Origin: a virus
Taxonomy: Duplodnaviria; Caudoviricetes
Strand: one strand, 5' to 3'
DNA length: 64,000 bases
IMG/VR virus record: IMGVR_UViG_2756170199_000003
Location: 74,881 to 138,880 of that record
The notes under the pieces are model-generated. The model saw only the letters and a program-made list of their open reading frames with translations. It had not been told where the DNA came from and searched no databases. The position numbers and the translations under genes were made by a program. Shown piece after piece: positions 39,690 to 49,530 of this stretch (position 1 is its first letter; every line of letters begins with the position of its first letter).

Positions 39690-41270
39690 ATGGTGAAACT
39701 AAGAATCAGCAAGATAGGACTCGCCGAAAACACCCGCACCGAAGTTGAACTCGAGCATCAGGGCAAGACGATCGAGTGGAATGTTTCGGAATTCAGGAAT
39801 CTCATCAAAAACCTCGACTACGACGTTTTCGAGCAGATCAACCAGTACTGGGCACGAATGCCGCCCGCAAGGCTTGACGAGGCATTCACGGTCTATAGCG
39901 AGATCCGGGACGTCTTCCGGGAGTGTTACGAAACACATGCATTGATGCGAAGGCTCCAGGAGCCCGTAGCGAAGCTTTGCGAGCTTCATACGCTCGAGGA
40001 TATCCGCCACTGGATCGACTTCCACGGCAGCCTGCGATGGCCTGACGATGTGAGGGATGAGTTCGTGATGTACGAGATGCCCGGTACACGCGAAGGTACG
40101 TATTTGCGCGAGGAATACGGCTGGCTGGTCGCTATTGCCATCGCGCTGCGCGTGATCTTTCCCGTGTGGGGCGAATTCATTGCGCGCATCCGCGCCGAGG
40201 TACCAACGGGCTGGAAGGAATTCTACGCGTTGCAGCTTCTGGCACGCACCTCGCTTGGCCAGAGCCCCCACATGACGCGGCTTCGTACCTATGTTGAGCT
40301 CAACGCCGGGATCGAAGCGATGCGGGGCGATGTCGGCTCGAGCGCACATGTCTTCAAGGGCATCAGCACGGAAGACTACCCGACGCTGCTCGCCGCGATC
40401 GTGCTCGTACGCAAGCTGAGTATCGCTGACGTGCGGGGACTCGACGCCTCGTCGAATCTCGTCTCCTGCGTTTTCATGTCGATCAGGCACAAGATCCGCC
40501 CCGGCTCTGAAGGAGGATTCAACGGCATCATCAAGGAAAAGAAGGAACCCGAAACATACGGTCAGGACGACGCCAACCAGCAGTCGCGACTTGAGGGGTG
40601 CAAGGAGAAGATGCCGGTTGCCGACGGCAAGATCGCGCCCTTCGTCGACTATGCACGCGACATGCGTCACATCGCGAGACGGATCGCACCGGACATGCCG
40701 CCCGATTATCTGGAAATGTCGCTGGAATCGGTCAGGGCGCTCGAGCAGGTGCGAGAGCGGCGCGTGCAGAAGATCCTGACCATGTATGTCCTGAACTACC
40801 GCAACCAGTTGCGCTCGCGCTCGCTTTTCCACCTACTCCCCTCACAGATGCTGGAGGCGATCGCCGTGGCCCAGGCCGTGTTCTGGCACAAGGGCTATCG
40901 CGAACTGGCCGCGCTGGTGAGCGCGCTTGCGGTCTCCGACACCGACGTCATGTACCTCGGCAGCATGGAAGCGCGCGCAAAAATCCCGCAGGCCACGATT
41001 GAGGAACTCGAGCGCTGGTACCCGTATCCGCGTATGCCCGGCGGAAAGCAGTCCGGCAAGCAGAAAGCCGCCCGCGTGCCCACCAGTGCCGAGGTCGCCA
41101 TCGATCTCGTGCTCAAACAGCTCGATGAAACCGGCTGGCGTCTCACGCTTCCAGCGCCATGGGTCGAAGAACTCACGCGCAATCCACGCGAGCGGCACTA
41201 CCCCGTCCCCGGAAACATCCGCGTCAAACTCGCGCAACTTGCCGTTGCGCTCGCATCAAGGAGCTTCTAA
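39690..41270 (+). CDS. Non-virion RNAP promoter-specificity subunit (phiKZ gp68-like)
   Basis: 526 aa. F..IN.Y, TYL..EY..L and PVWGEFI motifs. Conserved position in the gp65-gp75-like block. Confidence 0.65.
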   Translation: MVKLRISKIGLAENTRTEVELEHQGKTIEWNVSEFRNLIKNLDYDVFEQINQYWARMPPARLDEAFTVYSEIRDVFRECYETHALMRRLQEPVAKLCELHTLEDIRHWIDFHGSLRWPDDVRDEFVMYEMPGTREGTYLREEYGWLVAIAIALRVIFPVWGEFIARIRAEVPTGWKEFYALQLLARTSLGQSPHMTRLRTYVELNAGIEAMRGDVGSSAHVFKGISTEDYPTLLAAIVLVRKLSIADVRGLDASSNLVSCVFMSIRHKIRPGSEGGFNGIIKEKKEPETYGQDDANQQSRLEGCKEKMPVADGKIAPFVDYARDMRHIARRIAPDMPPDYLEMSLESVRALEQVRERRVQKILTMYVLNYRNQLRSRSLFHLLPSQMLEAIAVAQAVFWHKGYRELAALVSALAVSDTDVMYLGSMEARAKIPQATIEELERWYPYPRMPGGKQSGKQKAARVPTSAEVAIDLVLKQLDETGWRLTLPAPWVEELTRNPRERHYPVPGNIRVKLAQLAVALASRSF

Positions 41271-41273
41271 ACC

Positions 41274-42752
41274 ATGAATATCCCCACCCGCATCGCCATC
41301 AAACGCCTGATCATCTTCGAGACGGGTACGTACAACACCCAGTACATGCGCCCCTATGACAATGAACTCCAGGGGACCGGACTCAATATGGTCTGCGAGG
41401 CACTCCAGGGCGAAAGCCGCTTCACCCCGGCGCGCCTTGCCGGCATCGCAAACCAGATTGTGACCCCGCGGGCAACACCCGAGAAAGCCATCGGTATCGT
41501 GAACGGCTGGGACACGCCGCGATGCCGGTTCGTGATGGAAGTGGAAACCCAGAACATGGGTGGCGCGACCAGTTCGTCGGTGATTCTTGGCTGGACCAGC
41601 CACATGGGCATCATCGATGAAAGCGGACGCCGTATCGATCCGAACATGCAGTTCTTCGTGAACTCCGTGATGCAGGTGCGCACTCATATCGAAGCCACGC
41701 CGGCTGGCAACCAGGTCTACACCAACGTTACCGAGAACGCCCAGGTGCTGGTCGATCCGACGTACTTCGATGCGTATGTGAAGGACAAGACGACGAGCAT
41801 GCGCCCGGAGGACATGTACGCGACGATGGGTCTGAGCCATCTGCGCAACCTTCGCGATACGCTCGATACGCGCACGACCCTCACGCGCACGCCCGTAGCC
41901 TCGAACCGGACCAACTCCATCGCCGCCTTCTACGCGGCCAACGTGCTCGACAACTACCGGAAGGCGGCCGACAGCAACAACTTCGGTCTGCAGCCCGAAA
42001 CCGAAGTGCTCGATTCCGCACGGGGCTACGCGCAGGAGAGCCTGCTCGCTCTCAATCCGTTCTTCCGGGTGATGCAGGAGTACCAGGACGGCATGCTCAC
42101 CAACTTCTTCACGTGGTCCGACCTGTGCAGGCTGGACCCGGAGGTTGTGAACAAGGTCCAGCCGCGGCGGCTCAGACCGGACGTACTCGTCCATCGTGTC
42201 AGCAGTGGCATGTCGGCAGACTGGGAAGCATCCAACCGGATCACCCAGGTTGCCGCCCTCCTCGCCCAGTCCGTGCCAGCGCTGATGTCCGTGCTCAAGC
42301 TGAGCAAGCTCGTGTTCACCGCGACCAACGGTCAGGTCTTCTCACCAGGCTCGGCCAGCATCATCAACGGGCAGTCGTCCATCACGTTCACGGTTATCGA
42401 TGCCAACAGCTTCTCCGCGGAAGATCTTTCGCCGTACCTCAACCAGTTCAGGATCAATCTGGAGCACATGATCCTCAACGATGTGTCGCACCACAACCAG
42501 TTCGACTTCGCGCTGAGGATGGAGGTCGACCTGCTGGGCGAGACCTGGATCCACCTCTCGCTCGACAGGGGACCCGTTATCACCTATGCGACACCGAGTT
42601 TCGCGGATGCGCTCAATCCACCTGTCCTCACGAGCCAGACCGACCTGAGCCGCCGTCTGGCGGGCGACTTCCACGAGATCTGCACGAGCATCACGAACTA
42701 CGACGGCACAAGTGAGATGGCGCCACGCAGAACGCAGTTCGGGCTCGTTTGA
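41274..42752 (+). CDS. Probable nuclear protein-import factor PicA/Imp1 (phiKZ gp69-like)
   Basis: 492 aa following the gp68-like gene. ETGTY..QY.RPY, I.NGW...R.RF, IDP.M.F.VNS, MRPED and P.FAD.L..P motifs. Confidence 0.62.
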   Translation: MNIPTRIAIKRLIIFETGTYNTQYMRPYDNELQGTGLNMVCEALQGESRFTPARLAGIANQIVTPRATPEKAIGIVNGWDTPRCRFVMEVETQNMGGATSSSVILGWTSHMGIIDESGRRIDPNMQFFVNSVMQVRTHIEATPAGNQVYTNVTENAQVLVDPTYFDAYVKDKTTSMRPEDMYATMGLSHLRNLRDTLDTRTTLTRTPVASNRTNSIAAFYAANVLDNYRKAADSNNFGLQPETEVLDSARGYAQESLLALNPFFRVMQEYQDGMLTNFFTWSDLCRLDPEVVNKVQPRRLRPDVLVHRVSSGMSADWEASNRITQVAALLAQSVPALMSVLKLSKLVFTATNGQVFSPGSASIINGQSSITFTVIDANSFSAEDLSPYLNQFRINLEHMILNDVSHHNQFDFALRMEVDLLGETWIHLSLDRGPVITYATPSFADALNPPVLTSQTDLSRRLAGDFHEICTSITNYDGTSEMAPRRTQFGLV

Positions 42753-42878
42753 CACGTTCACCAGGGACCCAACCACAGGCTCCATTTCCGGCTCGCACTA
42801 CAAACCCGGGCACGGAGCCTGATTTACTGATATCCAGACTGAAGGAGCGGGACCACGCAAGCGGGCCCGATTCACTAC

Positions 42879-44162
42879 ATGACACCAACGCTCATTGACG
42901 TCTACAGGCAGTTACTGAAGACAGCGAATCTGTCCGTCACGGCCGACAACATGATTTCCGGCACCCTCCTGGGTGAGACCGAGCCCGTGCTGGTCGAAGG
43001 CAAGCGGCTCGTACTGCCAACGAATGAATTTCAGACCGCGGACAAGTCGGAGATCGTGCTGTTTCATCCGCTCGCAGAGCAGGTCACGCGAGGCAGCTCT
43101 CCCGTACTCGATAAATATCGTGCGCTGCTGGTTCATCACCTGGACATGATCGCAAGCCTTCAGATGAAGCATCTGTTGCGTATTGCCAGCTCACCCGAGC
43201 TGCACAAGGATCTGAGCCCCGACCAGTCCGAGTTCCTCTCGTTCGTCAAGGAAGCCGACGAAAAGACCATGGAGCTCCTCGAGAAAGTGCTGGACGTGAT
43301 GGAAATGGGCCAGACCGCGCGCCAACCCGTTTCGATTTTCCTGAAGAAGACCGGAACGCTCGCCGGCAAGCGCCACAAGCGCGTGGGTGTCGTGAGCTTT
43401 CCGCTATGGCAGGAGTTGCAGAAACCCGAACAGGATATCTGGGGCGTCGCGTGCCGCAAGAAGGACAAGGAAACGCTCACCGCGCTGCTGGAGTTCATGT
43501 TCCCGCAAATCGGTGAACCCGAGGCATACAACCGCGGATCGGACTCGGGAATCGCGACGAATCTCCACGCGCTGATGCAGGCAGCACTTGCCGTCGTTGA
43601 GGCACTGAACGACATCACCCAGACGTTCGACATGCCCGAGAAGTTCCTGATCGACACCGACTGGCAGGAAACCTTCATGAACCTGAATCTGCTGCAGGCG
43701 GAAATCTGGCGTGTCCCGCCACAGGCGGGCAACGAGGGGGTACCCTGGGACGAACCGCAGCCGGCGGCCAGTGCGACGTCGACGGCTGTGACCCGGATGG
43801 AGACACATCTGGAAAGCACGCGGCGCCCGTTCAACGACACGAAGGCGCGAGTGGCATCGCAACCTGCTGTGAATAGTGGCGTCAGCGGGCAATCGCGCCC
43901 GGAGGCTGGACTCGAGTACACGAAGGACGGGCTCGATTTCAGCTCGGTAATACGCGCGAATCCGGCGCTCGCCAGCACGGGGGCTCCCCAGGTTCAGCCG
44001 GCTGCCCCACCGCAGACCTCGCAGTGGGCCCAACGCGCAATGGAGGCGCGCTCGCGCCCGCCGATGTTCCAGCGCGGCAACGAGAGCTGGTCAGGAGGCG
44101 GTAGCACCAGCGGCAGCATTTTCCCGGGCACGTCCGGCGGTGGGCGCCGGGGCCTGGTCTGA
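42879..44162 (+). CDS. Conserved phiKZ-like protein (gp70-like)
   Basis: GKRLVLPT, FHPL.E and PPQ.GNEG motifs, with a disordered C-terminal tail. Confidence 0.6.
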   Translation: MTPTLIDVYRQLLKTANLSVTADNMISGTLLGETEPVLVEGKRLVLPTNEFQTADKSEIVLFHPLAEQVTRGSSPVLDKYRALLVHHLDMIASLQMKHLLRIASSPELHKDLSPDQSEFLSFVKEADEKTMELLEKVLDVMEMGQTARQPVSIFLKKTGTLAGKRHKRVGVVSFPLWQELQKPEQDIWGVACRKKDKETLTALLEFMFPQIGEPEAYNRGSDSGIATNLHALMQAALAVVEALNDITQTFDMPEKFLIDTDWQETFMNLNLLQAEIWRVPPQAGNEGVPWDEPQPAASATSTAVTRMETHLESTRRPFNDTKARVASQPAVNSGVSGQSRPEAGLEYTKDGLDFSSVIRANPALASTGAPQVQPAAPPQTSQWAQRAMEARSRPPMFQRGNESWSGGGSTSGSIFPGTSGGGRRGLV

Positions 44163-44239
44163 GTCATTGATGCCACGGGAGAAGCGTTTGCGCTTCTCCC
44201 GTCTTTTCCCCAATTTGCAGTCAATCAACAGGAGAACGG

Positions 44240-44488
44240 ATGGCTGGTTTGCTGAATCAGGCTCAGGCTGAAGCTGCGCTTGCGGCGATGGTCGCACTGA
44301 ACAACGTCTACGGTATCGTTCATCTCCGTATCGAACGCAAGGATGACGGCTGGCTGCACGTCGCCGAGCACAAGGACGGACGCGTACATGTGTATATCCG
44401 TGGCTCGACCAGCAGGTACCGCGTGGGTACGTCCGAGTGCTTCAAGGACCAGCACGCTTTTGCCAGCGCTTACGGACTGGATAGCTGA
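44240..44488 (+). CDS. Hypothetical protein
   Basis: AGGAG RBS, 82 aa, flanked by hairpins. Confidence 0.5.
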   Translation: MAGLLNQAQAEAALAAMVALNNVYGIVHLRIERKDDGWLHVAEHKDGRVHVYIRGSTSRYRVGTSECFKDQHAFASAYGLDS

Positions 44489-44623
44489 ACATAGCGCCCG
44501 CCCGAAGGCGGGCGCTGCGAAGAGAAGTTACCGGAACAGATGGTCGGCACCATCGGGCACACGCCCTCATGCAGACACGACGGATCAGGTGCCCTTCTTT
44601 TTTTGCTTTCACCCAGGCGCCGC

Positions 44624-45013
44624 TCACGTCGTCATGACGCTGCTGGTCATATACGCCGAGCGCAGCTGCTCGATCACATTCTGGGGAGGCAGCAGAAGCA
44701 GTGAAGTGCGCGCGCCAAATTCAGTTGGGGCCGTGTAGTTGTTCATGCGCATCGCAACCCAGTGAAACTGGGGCGCAACGCCAAGATTCTGGAGGAATCC
44801 GAACAGATCATTTTCATATGCCCAGTCCGAGTCCTGAGCCGTCACCGCGACCAGTTGCGTCGCCGGGTGTGTCCTGAGAAATCCCATGTGATCTTCCAGA
44901 ACCCGACGAAATCCATCGGTGTAGTAGACGGCGGGACCGGGATTGATCATCAGACTGCCTATCGGGGCAACGGCGGGCGCAACCGCGGATGCAACGACAG
45001 CGGTACTGGCCAT
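44624..45013 (-). CDS. Small conserved jumbo-phage protein (possible LysM-like baseplate wedge)
   Basis: GAGG RBS. FR.VLEDH..L and Y..D.FG.L....HW...RMN...P motifs. Confidence 0.5.
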   Translation of the reverse strand: MASTAVVASAVAPAVAPIGSLMINPGPAVYYTDGFRRVLEDHMGFLRTHPATQLVAVTAQDSDWAYENDLFGFLQNLGVAPQFHWVAMRMNNYTAPTEFGARTSLLLLPPQNVIEQLRSAYMTSSVMTT

Positions 45014-45045
45014 GGTGCACATCCTCACGAAAAACGGTTGAGACC

Positions 45046-45053
45046 TATATCAC
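45046..45053 (+). promoter_or_regulatory. TATATCAC putative early promoter of the nvRNAP beta/beta' operon
   Basis: About 90 nt upstream of ATG 45143. Confidence 0.65.
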
Positions 45054-45142
45054 CCCTGTAGCACCCGAACGGGCACCGCACAGAAGCTTTTTTGTGCTGT
45101 GTTCCAGCGGGAGCGGTGGAGACGTTTTTTCAGGAAGACCCC

Positions 45143-47443
45143 ATGAACGATCTGAGTGAATCACATGCGATATCGGCAGCAGCAGATTTTGCGACCGGCG
45201 TATTGCGTGAAGAACCCAACGAGCTCCACATGGAGCTGCTCAACATCCTGAGTCTGAATCCCTGGGACGGTAACGACAGTGCCGTGCGAAAGCAGATGTT
45301 TGCTTCTCACCTCGGCCAGATGCTGACTTTCAAAGGTGCGACGGAGCGGTACTGCCAGACCGGCGCCGAACGCGAATTCGCGAAATACACGTTCTCAACG
45401 CGAGTTCCGGTTGACTGCCAGGTGATCCGGATCATCGATCGTTACCGGGTGACGCCCGGCGAAGATAGCGTGATCCGCAGTCGCCAGGACAATCCTCACA
45501 CGCTGATCATCTACGAGGACGTCAACACCAGTGAGATCGGCTGCATCAACATCCAGACCCATACCTCGTATCACAGTCACTTTGGATTCCGCAACGCAAT
45601 CCGGCCCGTGCTCTCACATATCCGGCCGGGCGACTATCTGGCAGCGGGCACGATCCTGACCGACTCGCCTTCGGTCACGGAAACCGGAGGATATAAATAC
45701 GGGCGCGAATGCAATGTAGCGTTCATGACGATGCCACCGACGTCAGAGGACGGGCATCTGATCTGCTCGGATGTACTCAAAGAATTCACGTTCAACAGGT
45801 TCGAAAGTCGCGTAGTGGAATTCGGCCACCGATATTTCCCGCTCAATACTTACGGCGATATCACCTGCTTCCAGGGCTTCCCCAACATCGGTGATTTCGT
45901 ACGGCCCGACGGCCTGCTTATGGCCTTGCGCTCTTACGACCGCGATCCGCAGAGCTACGATCGCGAGCTCGCCATCGTTGAACAGGGCGTTCATGACCTG
46001 ATGGAGGTCGACCATGTCTTCGACCGGCTGATCTATGCGGGCGCGGGTGGCGGACGGGTCATCGACATCCGGGTGCATCACGACCGCCAGGCGAGTGTGT
46101 TCCCGACGCCTCGGGGCATGGAGCAGCAGGCGTCGCGCTATGACGACGCGCTTCACGAGTTCTACAGCGATATCGTCGGGGAATATAAACGCCTCGAGCG
46201 TGAGCGAGGCGCGGAATATCTGCGACTGACACCCGAGTTTCGCCGGCTGGTGCGCGAGGCGCTCGACGCCACGATGCAACCGAAAGAGCGCGTCTTCAAG
46301 CTCTATCGTAATGCGCCGATTGACGACTGGCGAATCGAGTTCGTAATCGAGTACGAGGTCACGCCCACCATCGGATTCAAGATCACCGACACACATGGCG
46401 GCAAGGGCGTGATCTGCAAGATCGCCCCTCCCGAAGCGATGCCCGTGGACCAGGACGGCAATCGCGCAGACATCGTGTTCGCACCGAATTCGATCGTCTC
46501 ACGCGAGAATCCTGGCCGCGCCTACGAGCTCTTCATCAATGCGTATTCACGCGACGTCGTGAAGCAGATCTGCCAGTGGTTCGGACTGGAACCTCGCGAG
46601 CGGAACCCACTGCCCAGAATCCGCGAGATCGAATCGACGAATCCCGCCCTCTTCCAGCAGGCACTGGACCATCTCGTCGGCTACTACGCCATCGTGGTAC
46701 CGAACATGGCGAAATGGTTCGCACCCGATCCAACCCTTGCGGCCGACAAGCGGTACACGAGACCGATGGCCGAACATCTGGCCAGCATCATCGCGGCCGG
46801 CATGCTCACGCTGCATTACCCGCCCGATAATCCGCGACCAGCCGCAGACATCGTGAGACTTCTGCGGAAGAACTATCACTCGACCTATGGACCTGTCAGC
46901 TACATCGGGCACAACGGCGAGCGACGGGTAACGAAGGCGCCGGTGCGCATTGGAAGCATGAACATCATCCTGCTTGAGAAGACTGCGGACGACTGGACAG
47001 CCGTCTCCTCCGGCAAGACACAACATTTCGGAGTCCTGTCACCGGTTACCAACGTCGACAAATACGCCCTGCCGTGGCGACCCCAATCGATCCGTGCGTT
47101 TGGCGAGGCGGAGATGCGACTCGTCGCGGCGTATTGCGGTCAGCGAGCGGTCGCCGAGATAGTCGATCGCAACAACAGCCGCGAGACGCACCGGGAAATT
47201 CTCGATGCGATCCTGCGTGCGGAGAAGCCTTCCGATATCGAGTGCGCGGTTGACCGCTCGCGCGTGCCCTACGGCAACAACCGGCCGTTACAGCTGGTGA
47301 AGCATCTGCTTGCATGCATGGGCATGGAGTTCGAGTACACGCCCTACGAGCCCGACTGGTCGAGCCCCGGATCGCAGCAACCCGATCCCGGCGGGCAGAA
47401 AGTCGGCCCTCCCCCAACTGCCGAACTGGAGGTTGCACCATGA
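45143..47443 (+). CDS. Non-virion RNAP beta C-terminal subunit (phiKZ gp71/73-like), uninterrupted
   Basis: S..R..M..SH..Q, EDG...., GFKITDTHGGKGVI, ADIVF.P.S..SR.N and R.FGE.E motifs. Confidence 0.92.
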   Translation: MNDLSESHAISAAADFATGVLREEPNELHMELLNILSLNPWDGNDSAVRKQMFASHLGQMLTFKGATERYCQTGAEREFAKYTFSTRVPVDCQVIRIIDRYRVTPGEDSVIRSRQDNPHTLIIYEDVNTSEIGCINIQTHTSYHSHFGFRNAIRPVLSHIRPGDYLAAGTILTDSPSVTETGGYKYGRECNVAFMTMPPTSEDGHLICSDVLKEFTFNRFESRVVEFGHRYFPLNTYGDITCFQGFPNIGDFVRPDGLLMALRSYDRDPQSYDRELAIVEQGVHDLMEVDHVFDRLIYAGAGGGRVIDIRVHHDRQASVFPTPRGMEQQASRYDDALHEFYSDIVGEYKRLERERGAEYLRLTPEFRRLVREALDATMQPKERVFKLYRNAPIDDWRIEFVIEYEVTPTIGFKITDTHGGKGVICKIAPPEAMPVDQDGNRADIVFAPNSIVSRENPGRAYELFINAYSRDVVKQICQWFGLEPRERNPLPRIREIESTNPALFQQALDHLVGYYAIVVPNMAKWFAPDPTLAADKRYTRPMAEHLASIIAAGMLTLHYPPDNPRPAADIVRLLRKNYHSTYGPVSYIGHNGERRVTKAPVRIGSMNIILLEKTADDWTAVSSGKTQHFGVLSPVTNVDKYALPWRPQSIRAFGEAEMRLVAAYCGQRAVAEIVDRNNSRETHREILDAILRAEKPSDIECAVDRSRVPYGNNRPLQLVKHLLACMGMEFEYTPYEPDWSSPGSQQPDPGGQKVGPPPTAELEVAP

Positions 47444-49437
47444 GACGCTTCGCTGCCAGGACGCTGCTGGGCCACAGCACTGAGGCGCTGTGGGGCATGC
47501 TTTACGGGCCCTTCCGGCTGGTCTTTGACGACGGTGAGCTTGAGGTGGATCACCGCTCGACGCTGTACAGCAGCTATGGCTGGGATCTCCTCAGGGAATA
47601 TCCCGCGGCACCCATGCTCATGCGGCATCACGTGACGCATGTCCTGAATGGTCGACGCCTGAACACCGACACACACCTGAAGCTGCTGGCCAACGTCGAC
47701 TGGGACGTGCTCGACGCTTACGGAGAGCACGGTCAGCGCGATCCCTCCGTGACGATCGACCGGATCGGCCGCCGGACCTGTGAGATCGTCAACGCGATGT
47801 ACAACGATCTGTCCGTACGCCTGGAGGAGTACGTCGTCTCGTTCGATATCACGGACTTTGTTGATGTGGTCGATCATCCACCGATCGTCAAGGCAAAGAG
47901 GGCTATCTACGCGGTGCCGCTCGACAAGGTCACAGACCGCATGCTCGACGAAGCGTATGCGGATGTGGGCAGGATCATCCGCGAAGATCCTGCGCTCGAT
48001 CGCAATCCCATTGTGATCGGGGCGCGCTCGAACACGGTGCGCTTCGAGCAGTTGCTCGAGTGCGTGGCGTTTCGCGGCAAGATCACGGACATCGATTCGA
48101 ACCAGTTCGAGTTGCCGATCCTGCCGAGCTACACCGAAGGCATCCGCGGTTTTCGTGATTCGCTCATCGAATCGCGCTCGGCGGCCAAGGCACTCTTCTT
48201 TGCGTCCGCGCCGCTGCAGGATGCCGAGTACTTCTCCAGACGCCAACAGCTCATGGCGATGAATATCCAGCGTCTTCATCATGGTGACTGCGGCACTACG
48301 GAGTTCACGCACTGGATGGTGCGCAAGGAGGACCTGCGGCTGCTCGCCGGGATGAACCGGCTCGATGAAGAGTCAGGCGAACTGCTGTGCATCAGCAAGC
48401 AGGACACGCATCTGGTCGGCAAAACGATCCGGTTGCGTACCGTACTGCATTGTGCGCATCCCGATCCGGCGGGAGTGTGTTCAACCTGTGTGGGTGAGCT
48501 TGCCCGATCGGTTCCCGATGGTACGAATATCGGGCACCAGTTCTGCATGGTGCTGTTTGGCCAGTCCACGCAGCTGGTGATCTCCATCAAGCACCTGGAC
48601 AAGTCCGCATCTATCGAACCTGCCGTGCTCCTTGAAGCCGACAGGCTGTTCCTCAAACTTGGATCCGACGCCAATTCGTATCTGCTCGCCGATCGTCTGA
48701 AGGGAAAGAACATCAGACTCATCATTCCAGCGGAGGCCATACCGAACATCAACGACATTTTCGAAATCGACGATGTCGAGAACCTGAACATCGCACGCTT
48801 CTCCAGCATCGGGCGCATCAGCATCCTCGTGGGTACCTCGGACGAGGCGACCGGGCCTGACATTCCGACCCGTGCCGGTCAGCGCATCGCGTCCATGACC
48901 CATGAACTGATGCGGCACATCAGGAAGGTGGGCTGGACGAATGACGGGAAAGGCAATCACGTCATCGACATGCATGGCTGGAATGCGTCGCATCCCATTC
49001 TTGCCTTGCCCTTCAAGCACTTCAACATGTCCGATCATTCGAAAGACATTGCGAAACTGCTTGAGTCAAGCGTTGGCATGATGCAGGCACGGGACAAGGA
49101 TACGCGGCCGGACGACGCGCTCGTCGAACTCTTCGACCTCGTCAACAGCAAGCTCGATGTGAGCCTGGCCATCCTTGCCATTGTGCTCAAGCAGGCCATG
49201 ATTGTCTCGGCGGAGAACCGCGACTACAGCTTGCCCAAGCCAGGGATGACCGCCGGGCTGGGTGTGATGTCGCAGTCGATGAAACACCGCTCTCTTTCTG
49301 CTGCGATGGCGTTTGAACACCACCGCGAAGTGCTGACGGACCCGGTCAGCTTCCTGCACAAGCGGCGTATGGATCACCCGTTCGACGTGTTCCTCATGCC
49401 ACGCGAAATCCTCCAGCCCGAGACGTTGTCCACCTGA
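47440..49437 (+). CDS. Non-virion RNAP beta' C-terminal subunit (phiKZ gp74-like)
   Basis: GGAGG RBS with ATGA overlap. RG..TDIDS, ESRSAAK, EYFSRR.Q, DCGT, Zn-site C..P...VC..C.G, IS.KH and RSLS..MAFE motifs. Confidence 0.9.
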   Translation: MRRFAARTLLGHSTEALWGMLYGPFRLVFDDGELEVDHRSTLYSSYGWDLLREYPAAPMLMRHHVTHVLNGRRLNTDTHLKLLANVDWDVLDAYGEHGQRDPSVTIDRIGRRTCEIVNAMYNDLSVRLEEYVVSFDITDFVDVVDHPPIVKAKRAIYAVPLDKVTDRMLDEAYADVGRIIREDPALDRNPIVIGARSNTVRFEQLLECVAFRGKITDIDSNQFELPILPSYTEGIRGFRDSLIESRSAAKALFFASAPLQDAEYFSRRQQLMAMNIQRLHHGDCGTTEFTHWMVRKEDLRLLAGMNRLDEESGELLCISKQDTHLVGKTIRLRTVLHCAHPDPAGVCSTCVGELARSVPDGTNIGHQFCMVLFGQSTQLVISIKHLDKSASIEPAVLLEADRLFLKLGSDANSYLLADRLKGKNIRLIIPAEAIPNINDIFEIDDVENLNIARFSSIGRISILVGTSDEATGPDIPTRAGQRIASMTHELMRHIRKVGWTNDGKGNHVIDMHGWNASHPILALPFKHFNMSDHSKDIAKLLESSVGMMQARDKDTRPDDALVELFDLVNSKLDVSLAILAIVLKQAMIVSAENRDYSLPKPGMTAGLGVMSQSMKHRSLSAAMAFEHHREVLTDPVSFLHKRRMDHPFDVFLMPREILQPETLST

Positions 49438-49530
49438 GCGCCAGTGGCAAGGAGCGGCAACCAGAAAATACCTCCCCAGGGCATCTGTTGGCAGACAGAT
49501 GCCCTCCTTTTCTTCATCGAGATTTTTGTC

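Noticed and set aside
31838-49437. Host rpoB/rpoC
   Set aside because: Subunits are split, short and highly divergent, and lie in phage gene context without ribosomal protein genes.
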